In this document: positions 54,444 through 63,883 of the stretch, in pieces
How the letters are laid out: each line of letters opens with the position of its first letter
How positions within the stretch are numbered: position 1 is the first letter of the stretch
Assembly: GCA_963666485.2 (NCBI GenBank)
Contig: CAXXUO010000003.1
Coordinates: 32,001-96,000 of the forward strand
DNA length: 64,000 nucleotides
Reading direction: 5' to 3'
Source: Syntrophorhabdaceae bacterium
GTDB lineage: Bacteria; Desulfobacterota; Syntrophorhabdia; Syntrophorhabdales; Syntrophorhabdaceae
Position numbers and translations under genes: made by a program
Notes under the pieces: model-generated
Told to the model about the DNA's origin: nothing
The model's database searches: none
Seen by the model: the letters and a program-made list of their open reading frames with translations, nothing else

Positions 54444-55166
54444 TTAAAATTCCTTTATATTTCCGAACCTTCGCTCGCGCTTTGCAAATTCTTTCAAGGC
54501 ATCGAGGAATGCCTCTTTACGAAAGTCCGGCCAGAGAATGTCCGTGACGTAGATCTCTGTATACGCGATCTGCCAGAGGAGGAAATTGGATACCCGCATC
54601 TCGCCGCTCGTGCGTATGAGAAGATCGGGATCGGGTATGTCCGGGGCGTAAAGATATTTCTGCAAAGTCCGTTCATCTATGCGTTTGATGCGCCCGTTCT
54701 TTACGTCTTCCGATATCAACTGTACGGCGTGGACGATCTCCTTGCGGCCGCTGTAGCTCAGTGCGATGGTCAGGACCACGTTGTTGTTGCGCGACGTTTC
54801 CTTGATAACATGATCAAACTGGGCCTGCAAAGCCTTCGAGAAATCTTTCTTTTCCCCGATGATGTTGAAACGGACCCCGTTTTTCATCATAAAAGGGAGT
54901 TCGTTCTCGAGATAGAGGCCGAGGAGGTACATGAGGGTCTTGACCTCTTCTTTCGGGCGGGACCAGTTTTCCTTGGAGAATGCATACAGGGTGAGGTAAG
55001 GGATGCCGAATTCGGCGCACGCTTCGGTGATGTCCCGTACGGAATCGATCCCTACCCTGTGACCTTCAGCCCTTTTGAGTTTCTGTTTTTTCGCCCACCT
55101 CCCGTTTCCATCCATAATGATGGCGACATGGGTGGGCAGTCTGTCGGGAACAGTTTTTTTCATCAA
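54444..55166 (-). CDS. uppS: Undecaprenyl diphosphate synthase
   Basis: HVAIIMDGNGRWA, YAFS.ENW.RP, LIRTSGE.R.SNFLLWQ. Confidence 0.97.
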   Translation of the reverse strand: MMKKTVPDRLPTHVAIIMDGNGRWAKKQKLKRAEGHRVGIDSVRDITEACAEFGIPYLTLYAFSKENWSRPKEEVKTLMYLLGLYLENELPFMMKNGVRFNIIGEKKDFSKALQAQFDHVIKETSRNNNVVLTIALSYSGRKEIVHAVQLISEDVKNGRIKRIDERTLQKYLYAPDIPDPDLLIRTSGEMRVSNFLLWQIAYTEIYVTDILWPDFRKEAFLDALKEFAKRERRFGNIKEF

Positions 55167-55173
55167 TTGCCGC

Positions 55174-55731
55174 TTATATAGAAAGGATCTCTTTTTCTTT
55201 TTCGGAAAAAGATTTTTCTGCCATCTCTATATACTTATCGGTCATTTTCTGGACATCATCCTGTTTCTTCTTGAGGTCGTCCTGGGAGATGGCCTTGTCT
55301 TTTTCCAGTTTTTTCAGCTTTTCGTTAATGTCCCGCCTGACGTTTCTCATGGCAACACGGGTGCCCTCGAGCATCTTGCTCCCGAGTTTCGTCAGTTCCT
55401 TGCGTCTCTCTTCGGTAAGCTTGGGAAAGGAAAGGCGTATCTGTTTCCCGTCGTTCATGGGGTTCACGCCGAGGTCCGATTTCTGAATGGCCTTCTCGAT
55501 CTCGCCGATCACGGTGTTGTCCCACGGCTGTATCGTGAGCGTCCGTGAATCCGGGGCGCCGATGGTGGCCACCTGGTTCAAGGGGGTAGGTTGTTTGTAA
55601 TAATCTATCTTGATATCTTCGAGCAGGGAGACCGACGCAACACCGGTGCGGAGCTTGGAGAAATCCTTTTTCAGAGCGGAAAGGGATTTCTTCAGTTTAT
55701 CTTCGAGTTCGTTCATAACATCGGTGCTCAT
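55174..55731 (-). CDS. frr: Ribosome recycling factor
   Basis: LRTG.A...LL, YY...TPLNQ.A, IQPWD, P.LTEERRKEL. Confidence 0.97.
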   Translation of the reverse strand: MSTDVMNELEDKLKKSLSALKKDFSKLRTGVASVSLLEDIKIDYYKQPTPLNQVATIGAPDSRTLTIQPWDNTVIGEIEKAIQKSDLGVNPMNDGKQIRLSFPKLTEERRKELTKLGSKMLEGTRVAMRNVRRDINEKLKKLEKDKAISQDDLKKKQDDVQKMTDKYIEMAEKSFSEKEKEILSI

Positions 55732-55735
55732 ACGG

Positions 55736-56443
55736 CTACCTCCTCACTATTGTACCTATGGTCTCACCGAGGACTGCTTTTTTAAGATTTTCCCGTACGC
55801 GAATATTGAATACGGCGATCGGGATGTTGTTCTCTTTACAGAGAGTAATGGCAGTAAGGTCCATAACCTGGAGGTCTCTGGCTATCACTTCGCCGTAGGT
55901 GATCTCCGGGTAGAAAATGGCGTCATTGTGGACCTCGGGGTCTTTGTCATACACACCGTCGACCTTGGTCGCCTTCATGACGATGTCCGCCTTCGTTTCG
56001 ACGGCCCTGAGTGCCGCGGCCGTGTCCGTCGTAAAATACGGGTTTCCCGTGCCGCACGCGAAGATGACTATCGTGCCGCCGCTTAAATGACCGATCGCCT
56101 TTGCATGATTGTACGGTTCGGCGATCTTTTCCAGGTTAAGCGACGTCTGTACAACGGCAGGCGCCCCGATCTTGTTCAGCGTGTCCGCAAGAACGAGCGC
56201 GTTTATCACGGTGGCGACCATACCGATATAATCGCCGGTCACCCTGTCGACGCCTTCTTTTTCGCCCTTTTTCCCCCGGTATATATTGCCGCCGCCGAGG
56301 ACGATACCGACCTCGACACCAAGGTTGCGGATCCCGCGGATCTCCTGTGCGATCTCGTAAACGGTGGCATGGTCGATACCGTGCCCGGCGCTGCCCTGGA
56401 GGACCTCGCCACTCAATTTGAGGAGAATCCTCTTGTATTTCAT
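55736..56443 (-). CDS. pyrH: UMP kinase
   Basis: RILLKLSGE, GGGN.YRG, GTGNPYFTTDTAAALRA, VMD.TA. Confidence 0.97.
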   Translation of the reverse strand: MKYKRILLKLSGEVLQGSAGHGIDHATVYEIAQEIRGIRNLGVEVGIVLGGGNIYRGKKGEKEGVDRVTGDYIGMVATVINALVLADTLNKIGAPAVVQTSLNLEKIAEPYNHAKAIGHLSGGTIVIFACGTGNPYFTTDTAAALRAVETKADIVMKATKVDGVYDKDPEVHNDAIFYPEITYGEVIARDLQVMDLTAITLCKENNIPIAVFNIRVRENLKKAVLGETIGTIVRR

Positions 56444-56444
56444 C

Positions 56445-57050
56445 CTAGTCCTGAAGCGTCTCGCCCAGCTGGAACCTTACGAAACGGTTGATGACTATCT
56501 TCTCGCCCGTCTTCACGAGGAGCTCTTCAAGAAGGTCCTTGACGGTAAGATCGGGATTCTTGATGAAGGTCTGCTCGACGAGGCATACTTCCTGGTAGAA
56601 TTTTTCCAGTTTGCCTTCCGCGATCTTCTCGATGATCTTTTCCGGCTTGCCGGATTCAAGGGCCTGGTTCCTGTAAATGGCCTTTTCCCTTTCGATATGT
56701 TCCGCGGGTATGTCTTCGCGCTTGACATACAGCGGGTTCGCCGCCGTTATCTGCATAGCGACGTCTTTTACGAAGTTCTGAAACCCGTCCGTTTTCGCGA
56801 CGAAATCGGTCTCGCAGTTGATCTCGACCATTGCGCCGACCTTGCCGCCCGTGTGTATGTATGCCGAAATCGACCCTTCCGACGCCACGCGGCCCATTCT
56901 TTTCGCCATCTTGGCAAGGCCCTTCTCGCGAAGGAAGTCGACTGCCTTTTCCATATCCCCGTTCGTATGTTTCAAGGCCTCTTTACAATCCATGAGGCCG
57001 ACGCCGGTCTTTTCACGTAATTTTTTTACCGTATCAGCAGTGATATCCAT
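56445..57050 (-). CDS. tsf: Elongation factor Ts (short form)
   Basis: VKKLREKTGVG.MDCK.AL, EINCETDFVA. Confidence 0.97.
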   Translation of the reverse strand: MDITADTVKKLREKTGVGLMDCKEALKHTNGDMEKAVDFLREKGLAKMAKRMGRVASEGSISAYIHTGGKVGAMVEINCETDFVAKTDGFQNFVKDVAMQITAANPLYVKREDIPAEHIEREKAIYRNQALESGKPEKIIEKIAEGKLEKFYQEVCLVEQTFIKNPDLTVKDLLEELLVKTGEKIVINRFVRFQLGETLQD

Positions 57051-57070
57051 GATAATTCCTCCTGTAGCTG

Positions 57071-57859
57071 TTATGCTTCGTACTCGTCGTATTTTTCTTC
57101 TTCCAGTACGCTTTCATCGACAAAGGGCTTCAGATCTTCAGCCGGCCCTTCGTCCTTGGCCTGAAATTCCTCGACATACAGGGCTTTTCCTTCCATGACC
57201 GCATCTGCGATCCTGGCCGTGATGAGCTTGATCGCACGGATGGCGTCGTCATTACCCGGGATGACAAGGTCAATGTCATCGGGGTCACAGTTCGTATCGA
57301 CGATGCCGATCGTGGGAATGCCGAGCTTCTTCGCCTCGTTGACGGCGATGTATTCTTTCTTGGGATCAACGACATAGATCGCTCCGGGGAGCCTTTCCAT
57401 ACCCTTGATGCCGCCGATGTTCTTCTCGAGTTTCTCGATCTCTTTTTCGATGCCGATCGCTTCTTTTTTCGGGAGCACTTTATAAATGTCGCCTTGCTTC
57501 AATTCTTCGTACTTCCGCAGGCGATCGATGCTCTTTTCGATGGTCTGGAAGTTTGTCATCGTCCCGCCGAGCCACCTGTTGTTGACGTAAAAGGCCCCGC
57601 AGCGGCCCGCCTCTTCACGGATGGCTTCCTGCGCCTGTTTCTTGGTCCCGACGAACAGGATGTACTCATTGCGGGATGCCACTTCCTTCACGAAATTGTA
57701 CGCTTCCTTGAACATCTTGAGCGTCTTCTGAAGGTCGATGATGTAGATGCCGTTGCGGGCGCCGAAAATGTAGGGTTTCATCTTCGGGTTCCATCTCTTG
57801 GTCTGGTGACCGAAGTGAACGCCAGCTTCCAGCAATTGTTTGATGGTGAGATTAGACAT
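57071..57859 (-). CDS. rpsB: 30S ribosomal protein S2
   Basis: [49 protein letters not shown]. Confidence 0.98.
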   Translation of the reverse strand: MSNLTIKQLLEAGVHFGHQTKRWNPKMKPYIFGARNGIYIIDLQKTLKMFKEAYNFVKEVASRNEYILFVGTKKQAQEAIREEAGRCGAFYVNNRWLGGTMTNFQTIEKSIDRLRKYEELKQGDIYKVLPKKEAIGIEKEIEKLEKNIGGIKGMERLPGAIYVVDPKKEYIAVNEAKKLGIPTIGIVDTNCDPDDIDLVIPGNDDAIRAIKLITARIADAVMEGKALYVEEFQAKDEGPAEDLKPFVDESVLEEEKYDEYEA

Positions 57860-57861
57860 GT

Positions 57862-57946
57862 ATCCTCCTGGTTTTTATCCTCCGCCTTTCGCACTTTACA
57901 GCCAGGCAGTTTCCTGCACCCCGGCAATAATTGAAAGGCGTGCGAA
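57862..57946 (-). promoter_or_regulatory. Probable rpsB (S2) autoregulatory leader
   Basis: Minus strand CGCACGCCTTTC...GGGGTGC...GAAAGGCGGAGG stem with a GGGGU element ahead of the AGGAGG RBS. Confidence 0.55.
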
Positions 57947-58016
57947 TTTAATGAGTTTCTAAAATATCATATAATTACAGATGTTTCAATAAAAAATAGG
58001 CAGAAAAGGGCATTGT

Positions 58017-58210
58017 CGTTCTACGTTCTACGTTCTACGTTCTACGGTAAAAATAGATACTTGTATAGCTATGGAGACTGGTATGTGGCAAGTCAAATTC
58101 CGTCATCCCGATATAGATTTTTCATAGTCGACCTGAGTTTGCCGCCCTGTTACTTGTCGTTAACGTAGAACGTAGAACGTCTTTTCCCGTTTCCCGTCTT
58201 GCGTCTTGCC
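58017..58210. repeat. CGTTCTA/TAGAACG heptamer IR shell with a truncated CGTCATCCCG unit
   Basis: (CGTTCTA)4 at 58017-58044; CGTCATCCCG at 58101; (CGTAGAA)2 at 58164; then TTTCCCG/TCTTGCG heptamers. Confidence 0.75.
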
Positions 58211-58212
58211 TT

Positions 58213-59769
58213 TTACGGACTATCGCAGTACGGTGCTATGTCGCGGACGATGGCCTGGAGGTATTTCTTGCCGGCGAGTTCAAGGGAGTTCAGACTGATC
58301 TCAGTGTCGAAGTCGGTCCCGTCGAGGCGTCTGTGCGTCCAGCGGAAGAACCGGCCTGCGCCGTCGAGTGCGTTGTTCATGAGCTTCAGCGCCTTCTCGC
58401 GGGAGTCGGTGCCGTCGGGCTGGAGCGGCGGAGAGAGCTCAAAAGGTGATTTTCCGAGTATCTCTTCTTTCGTGCCACCGAACATCTCGAGCGCCCTTCG
58501 GTTGCAGTCTATGAACGAATAGCCGTCCACGAGGAAGATTGCGTCAATGGCGTTGTCAAAGATCGCATGGAACCTCATCTCGCTGTCTCTGAGCGCGTCA
58601 CCCGCCAGGCGGCGGTCCGTGATGTCCCGGATATACGCCAGGGTCAGCTGTTCACCGCGGAAAGTTATGCCTGTGGCGGAAACCTCAATGTAGACGACAC
58701 TGCCGTCCTTGCGTATGCCCTTTGCCTCGTATTTATCGGGGACATCCTCCCCGTTTTGTCTTTTTTGATTTATCAGCCGGACCCTCTCGAAATCGTCGGG
58801 ATGGATCGTTACCTGGTGCGTTTTGCCTGTGATCTCATCCGGCGAATCGTATCCAAAGATCTGGCAGAAGCGCTGGTTGACGTACAGATGGACATTTCCC
58901 CGCACTATGGCGACCCCGTCGTTCGAATTCTCGATCGCGGTCCGGTACCTTTCTTCGGATTCCCTGAGCTTTTCCTCGGCCTCTTTTTGCTCGGTGACGT
59001 CCCTGACCGATTGAATGACCCCTGTCATCCTGCCGTCGATATCGTATATCGGGCTTGCCTTGGCCCAGATATACGTGAGTTTCCCCCGGATCGTCAGGGG
59101 CTCTATGGGTTCGGCGACCAGCCGGTCCATTTCCTTGGTGATAAAGGAATATCTTTTCTCGGCGTCCCTGTCGGGCCGCAGGACAAAGTCAGCGAGCAGC
59201 GGCTGCCGCCGGCCGTAGAACGGTATCGAGTATTCCCGGTCGGCCTTGCCGAGTATTTTGACCGCTTTTATGCCGGTTAATTCCTCCATGGCCTTGTTCC
59301 ATGCAATGACCCGGCCCTCCGTATCGATCGCGAAAGTTGCATCGGGAAGGAAGTTGATGATGTCCATGAGGCGGCGTTCCGAATCGACCAGAGCGTCCTT
59401 GATCTTTTTCTGCTCCGTGATGTCCTGTATCACCGTCAGGATGTTTCTTTCCCCGCCGTAGGAATGCTTTATAATGCTGATGACCGCGTGAAAAACGCGG
59501 CCGTCCTTGCGTTTCAGATCGACCATGTAATCCCTGAGCGCGTCCTTGTTCCTGACATGCTCGAGCATGAGCTTCCTGTCCCCGGGGGTTGCATAGAACG
59601 CCTCGACATTGAGCGTCGCCATTTCTTTCCGCGTATAGCCGGTAATCCGTTGAAGCATCGAGTTGTATGCGATGATCGTGCCATCGAGGGTGGTAATGCA
59701 TATCCCAACGGGGATATTTTCGAAGATCGTGCGATAGCGGTCTTCTTTTATGGGATCGTTCTCGGTCAT
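58213..59769 (-). CDS. Protein of four tandem PAS/PAC domains with no output domain
   Basis: Four PAS units ending QDITEQK, RDVTEQK, RDITDRR and RDIAP; no HisKA or GGDEF domain follows. Confidence 0.88.
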   Translation of the reverse strand: MTENDPIKEDRYRTIFENIPVGICITTLDGTIIAYNSMLQRITGYTRKEMATLNVEAFYATPGDRKLMLEHVRNKDALRDYMVDLKRKDGRVFHAVISIIKHSYGGERNILTVIQDITEQKKIKDALVDSERRLMDIINFLPDATFAIDTEGRVIAWNKAMEELTGIKAVKILGKADREYSIPFYGRRQPLLADFVLRPDRDAEKRYSFITKEMDRLVAEPIEPLTIRGKLTYIWAKASPIYDIDGRMTGVIQSVRDVTEQKEAEEKLRESEERYRTAIENSNDGVAIVRGNVHLYVNQRFCQIFGYDSPDEITGKTHQVTIHPDDFERVRLINQKRQNGEDVPDKYEAKGIRKDGSVVYIEVSATGITFRGEQLTLAYIRDITDRRLAGDALRDSEMRFHAIFDNAIDAIFLVDGYSFIDCNRRALEMFGGTKEEILGKSPFELSPPLQPDGTDSREKALKLMNNALDGAGRFFRWTHRRLDGTDFDTEISLNSLELAGKKYLQAIVRDIAPYCDSP

Positions 59770-59910
59770 AAAATACTTATATCACTACTATAGCACTATT
59801 TATCTGTTGATTCAGCCATGAAATTATCGGTGGACCGCATAGAGCAGGTTACCTTGAAATTACGGGACATTATATGGTATGTTGACGGAAAAATAAACAG
59901 GAGGACCTTT

Positions 59911-60039
59911 ATGCCGTCTCTGTCCAAGAAAACCGAATTGAAGAGAAAGAGAAAGAAAGCTGCCCAGAACCCCAGGAGAAAGAAGGTGCAGTCGAAGGCC
60001 TCCACCCCGGCATTTCCCGTACACGTCGATAAGGAATGA
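59911..60039 (+). CDS. Small Lys/Arg-rich peptide (42 aa)
   Basis: AGGAGG RBS; MPSLSKKTELKRKRKKAAQNPRRKKVQSKASTPAFPVHVDKE; stop overlaps the radical SAM start. Confidence 0.65.
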   Translation: MPSLSKKTELKRKRKKAAQNPRRKKVQSKASTPAFPVHVDKE

Positions 60040-61193
60040 GTGAACGCCCCCTGAGATACGAGATAGGGCCGATACGGCCGCCGAACGAAGCGTACAGCCT
60101 TCTCGTCAGGTTCACGAGAAACTGTACATGGAATAAATGTCTTTTTTGCCAGACCTATAAAGGGAAGCGTTTCGAGAAACGGTCCCTGCCAGAGATCAAA
60201 TCTGATATAGATACGATCAAGGCGATCCAGGACGACATCAAGCAGCTGTCCTGGAAAAAAGGCTTCGGCGGAAAGATCACGGACGCCCTGGTCGAAGGCG
60301 TGTTCGACAGCCACATCATTAACGAAGGCTATAAGTCCGTGGCTGTGTGGATGTATTTCGGGTGCAGGAATGTTTTCATCCAGGATGCAAATTCCCTCGC
60401 AATGAAGCCCGATGTCTTTATCGAATCGTTGAAATATCTCAAAGAGGCTTTCCCCACGATCGATCGCGTCACGAGTTATGCCAGGGCGCGCACCATAGCC
60501 CGGAGCGTCTCCCCGGAAAACCTGAAAAAAATGAAGGAGGCCGGTCTCACCCGGCTTCACGTCGGCCTTGAATCGGGAAACGAGGAACTCTTACAGTATA
60601 TGAACAAGGGTGCGACACGGGACGATCACGTACTCTGCGGCAAAAAGGTCAAGGAAGCTGGCATTGAATTATCGGAATACGTCGTTCTCGGTCTGGGTGG
60701 AAGAAAATGGTGGAAACAGCACGCGCTCGACACCGCGGGCCTTCTCAACACGATCGACCCCGATTTCATACGGTTCCGGACGCTCAAGGTGCTCAGGACC
60801 ATGCCGCTCTATCAAAAACTGGAAGACAAGGATTTTCTTCTCCCCGACGAAGAGGACATTCTCAGGGAGGAACGCCTCCTCATTGAAAACCTCACCGATA
60901 TAACAAGCTACGTAAAAAGCGATCACATACTCAACCTGCTCGAGGAGATCGACGGCAGGCTGCCTTCCGACAAACAGAGGTTTCTCGCCACCATAGACCG
61001 CTATTTCAGCCTGTCCGAGGAGCAAAGGCTCATATTCAGGTTCGGCAGGCGGTCCGGTATCTACCGTAAGCTCGATGAACTGAACGACGACCTTACATCC
61101 TTCCGCATAAAGAAATCAATACGGGAAATGGAAGAGAAGGAGCCGGGAAGCGTGGAGAAGACGATCTCGCTGCTGCTCGAGAACTACATCTAA
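60036..61193 (+). CDS. Radical SAM protein (CX4CX2C variant family)
   Basis: GPIRPP.EA.SLL.R.TRNCTWNKCLFC..YK, FIQDANSL, GL.RLHVGLESG, GLGG. Confidence 0.88.
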   Translation: MSERPLRYEIGPIRPPNEAYSLLVRFTRNCTWNKCLFCQTYKGKRFEKRSLPEIKSDIDTIKAIQDDIKQLSWKKGFGGKITDALVEGVFDSHIINEGYKSVAVWMYFGCRNVFIQDANSLAMKPDVFIESLKYLKEAFPTIDRVTSYARARTIARSVSPENLKKMKEAGLTRLHVGLESGNEELLQYMNKGATRDDHVLCGKKVKEAGIELSEYVVLGLGGRKWWKQHALDTAGLLNTIDPDFIRFRTLKVLRTMPLYQKLEDKDFLLPDEEDILREERLLIENLTDITSYVKSDHILNLLEEIDGRLPSDKQRFLATIDRYFSLSEEQRLIFRFGRRSGIYRKLDELNDDLTSFRIKKSIREMEEKEPGSVEKTISLLLENYI

Positions 61194-61206
61194 AGATCAA
61201 TAAATT

Positions 61207-62061
61207 CGTCATTCCGGCTTGCCGGAATCCAGTGTCTTTTCTTTTAAAACCGACATTACGGAGACACCGAAATGGCGAAGCAACCCTGTGTCTATATCCT
61301 CGCCAGTAAGAGAAATGGAACCCTTTATACCGGAGTAACCTCTAATCTAAGAAAGCGTATATGGGAACATAAGAATGATCAGATCGAAGGATTTACCAGG
61401 AAATATAAGGTCCATATCCTGGTATGGTACGAGATCCACGAGACAATGGAATCGGCGATTACCAAGGAAAAAGGAATCAAGAACTCGGGACGGCAAATGA
61501 AAATAGACCTGATAGAGGCATTCAATCCATACTGGAATGATCTCTATTTGGGTATCATCTGAAGTTTGAGTGTTAATTTATTATGAAAGAAAGAACAAAA
61601 GACACTGGATTCCGGCAAGCCGGAATGACGATTGGTGTATTCGTGGAAAGTATTTTCCCAAAGTGTTGAAAGTTGAACCCTTCCTACCGCCGTCATTCCG
61701 CCGGCTTTTGCGGCGGAATCCAGTGTCTTTAAGGTTTTTAGTAACCGGTCGGTAAAGACGTGTTAGCACAAAGAAAGAACAAAAGACACTGGATTCCGGC
61801 AAGCCGGAATGACGACTGATGGCCGGTAGATATTTGCTATCACTAAGAAAGAACAAAAGACACTGGATTCGGGAATGACGACTGGTGTATCCATGGAAAG
61901 TATTTTCCCAAAGCGTTGAAGGTTGAACCATTCCTACCACCGTCATTCCGCCGGCTTTTGCGGCGGAATCCAGTGTCTTTAAGGTTTTTAGTAAACGGCC
62001 GGTAAATGTGTGCTAACACAAAGAAAGGACAAACATCGGATTCCGGCAAGCTGGAATCACG
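61207..62061 (+). mobile_element. GIY-YIG/hairpin-repeat cassette 3 with a downstream BIME-like mosaic
   Basis: Perfect 34-bp IR at 61207-61240 and 61597-61630 around the nuclease gene; further hairpins at 61691, 61781, ~61855, 61941 and ~62031; 250-bp-period duplication. Confidence 0.85.
61272..61562 (+). CDS. Small GIY-YIG nuclease, copy 3
   Basis: CVYILASKRNGTLYTGVTSNL.KRIWEHK, GFT.KY.V..LVWYE.H..MESAI.KEK.IK, NP.W.DL; GGAG RBS. Confidence 0.93.
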   Translation: MAKQPCVYILASKRNGTLYTGVTSNLRKRIWEHKNDQIEGFTRKYKVHILVWYEIHETMESAITKEKGIKNSGRQMKIDLIEAFNPYWNDLYLGII

Positions 62062-62076
62062 GAGCGGGCAGGCATC

Positions 62077-63571
62077 TCACTTTTTGCCATCCTCATAGTA
62101 CGCTTCTATGGAATTTACCAGCCCCGGAATATCCGACCTCTTGGCTTCAATGTCGACCTTGATCCCGGCCTTCACCAGGGTTTCGGTGGTTACGGGGCCT
62201 ATCGATGCGACGATGCCGTGCTTTAATATGTCCTTTCCGTACAGCATGATGAAATTGTTTGCGGTCGAAGAGCTTGTGAAGGTGAATATGTCGATATCGG
62301 ATGGAGGGGGTTCGACTAATGCGGGGATCTCGGCACGGTAGATAGGGATGACGGTGCACGTGCCGCCGTTTTTTCTTATGTAATCTACGATCACGTCGCG
62401 GGCCTGCTCGGCCCGGGGTACAAGAAAAGTTTTGTCTGCGACGCCGAACTTCTCGAGGGCGGCGACAATGCCTTCAGAGGTAAATTCCTGCGGGACAATG
62501 TCGGCGTTGATGCCGTACACGTTAAGGTGGGCGGCTGTCGCGGAACCTATGGCGATGACCGTGATGCCGCTCAAGATGCGCGCATCTTTCCCCGACCCGC
62601 GCATGTGGGCGAAGAAGATAGAGACGGCATTGACGCTGGTGAAGATAAGCGCATTGTAGGACCGCAGTTTGTCGACGGCGGTGCGCAGCCGCGTGTTGGG
62701 CACGATGGGCTCGATGTCGATCGTCGGGATGAAGACGGGTTCCGCTCCCCTGTCGAGGAGCAGTTCGCCGAATCTCTGCGACTGGTGCCGGGAGCGGGTG
62801 ACGGCGATCTTCTTTCCAAAAAGCGTCTTTCGCTCAAACCAGCTGAGCTCATCGCGGAGCGCGATGACATCGCCCACGACAATAATGCCGGGAGGGGTGA
62901 TCTTCGATGCACGGACCTTTTCCGGCAGCGTCGAGAGTGTGGCGGTCACGACCCTCTGATTGGCAAGGGTCCCCGAACGAATCACACAGGCCGGGGTATC
63001 AGGGTCTTTACCTTCGTCGATGAGCCTCTTGGCGATCTTGGCAAGATTTTTCATACCCATGAGGAATACCAGGGTATCGGGTCCCTGCGCCAGCTCGTGC
63101 CAGCGAATGGTCGACGACTCTTTCTTTTCATCCTCGTGACCTGTTATGAATGCGACGGTTGACGCATGGTCGCGATGGGTAAGGGGGATCCCGGCGTACG
63201 CAGGGACCGATATCGCCGACGTGATGCCGGGGACTATCTCGAAGGGAATACCTTTTTTTGCAAGATACTGGGCCTCTTCTCCTCCACGGCCGAAGATGAA
63301 CGGGTCTCCGCCCTTGAGTCGGACGACGGTGGTATTGCCGGACGCCTTTTCAGCGAGGAGCGAATTTATCTCCCGCTGCGGCAATTCATGCCGTGACGCC
63401 TTTTTTCCGGCATATATGACCTCGGCACCGGCCCGTACAAACTCCAGCAACCCTTTATTGACGAGGTTGTCGTAAATTATCACGTCACCCCCGGCGGATG
63501 AGCTCGAGGCCTTTTACCGTGATCAGTTTCATATCGCCCGGCCCGGCGCCTACCAGATAAACTTTTCCCAT
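62077..63571 (-). CDS. cobA: Uroporphyrinogen-III C-methyltransferase/synthase fusion CobA-HemD (one extra base near 63490)
   Basis: MGKVYLVGAGPGD..LIT.KG, then in a shifted frame YDNLV, VVRLKGGDPFIFGRGGEE; HemD part with VTR, FTS.NAV, FTSSS, SIGP.T. Confidence 0.93.
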
Positions 63572-63883
63572 GCACTATTATACGGTCCGTGGGCCGGCAA
63601 GTTCAAAGGATAAATGAAAAGAAGCGGGCTTTTTTCTTCCTTGAAAAGAGGTTTCCAGTTTTATAGTATTGAGACATATTCCGACGGGAGCAACCTTAAG
63701 ATATAAGGGGTCGAAACTGCTATCATGCATGTACATTTATAGTGTTGCTCGGTATCATGCCTTGGCCGTAGCATAAAGAGCCCCGGGGATAAACAGGTGT
63801 ACCGCCGGGCACGCCGCGTTCGTAACGCTTCATGACGGACCCGGCGCCTGATCGATATGTGGATATCACAACGGGAGGAAGGG

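Noticed and set aside
63485..63495. TGA in the cobA N-terminal frame as Sec or programmed recoding
   Set aside because: The protein continues in a different frame after a G homopolymer; a one-base indel explains it.
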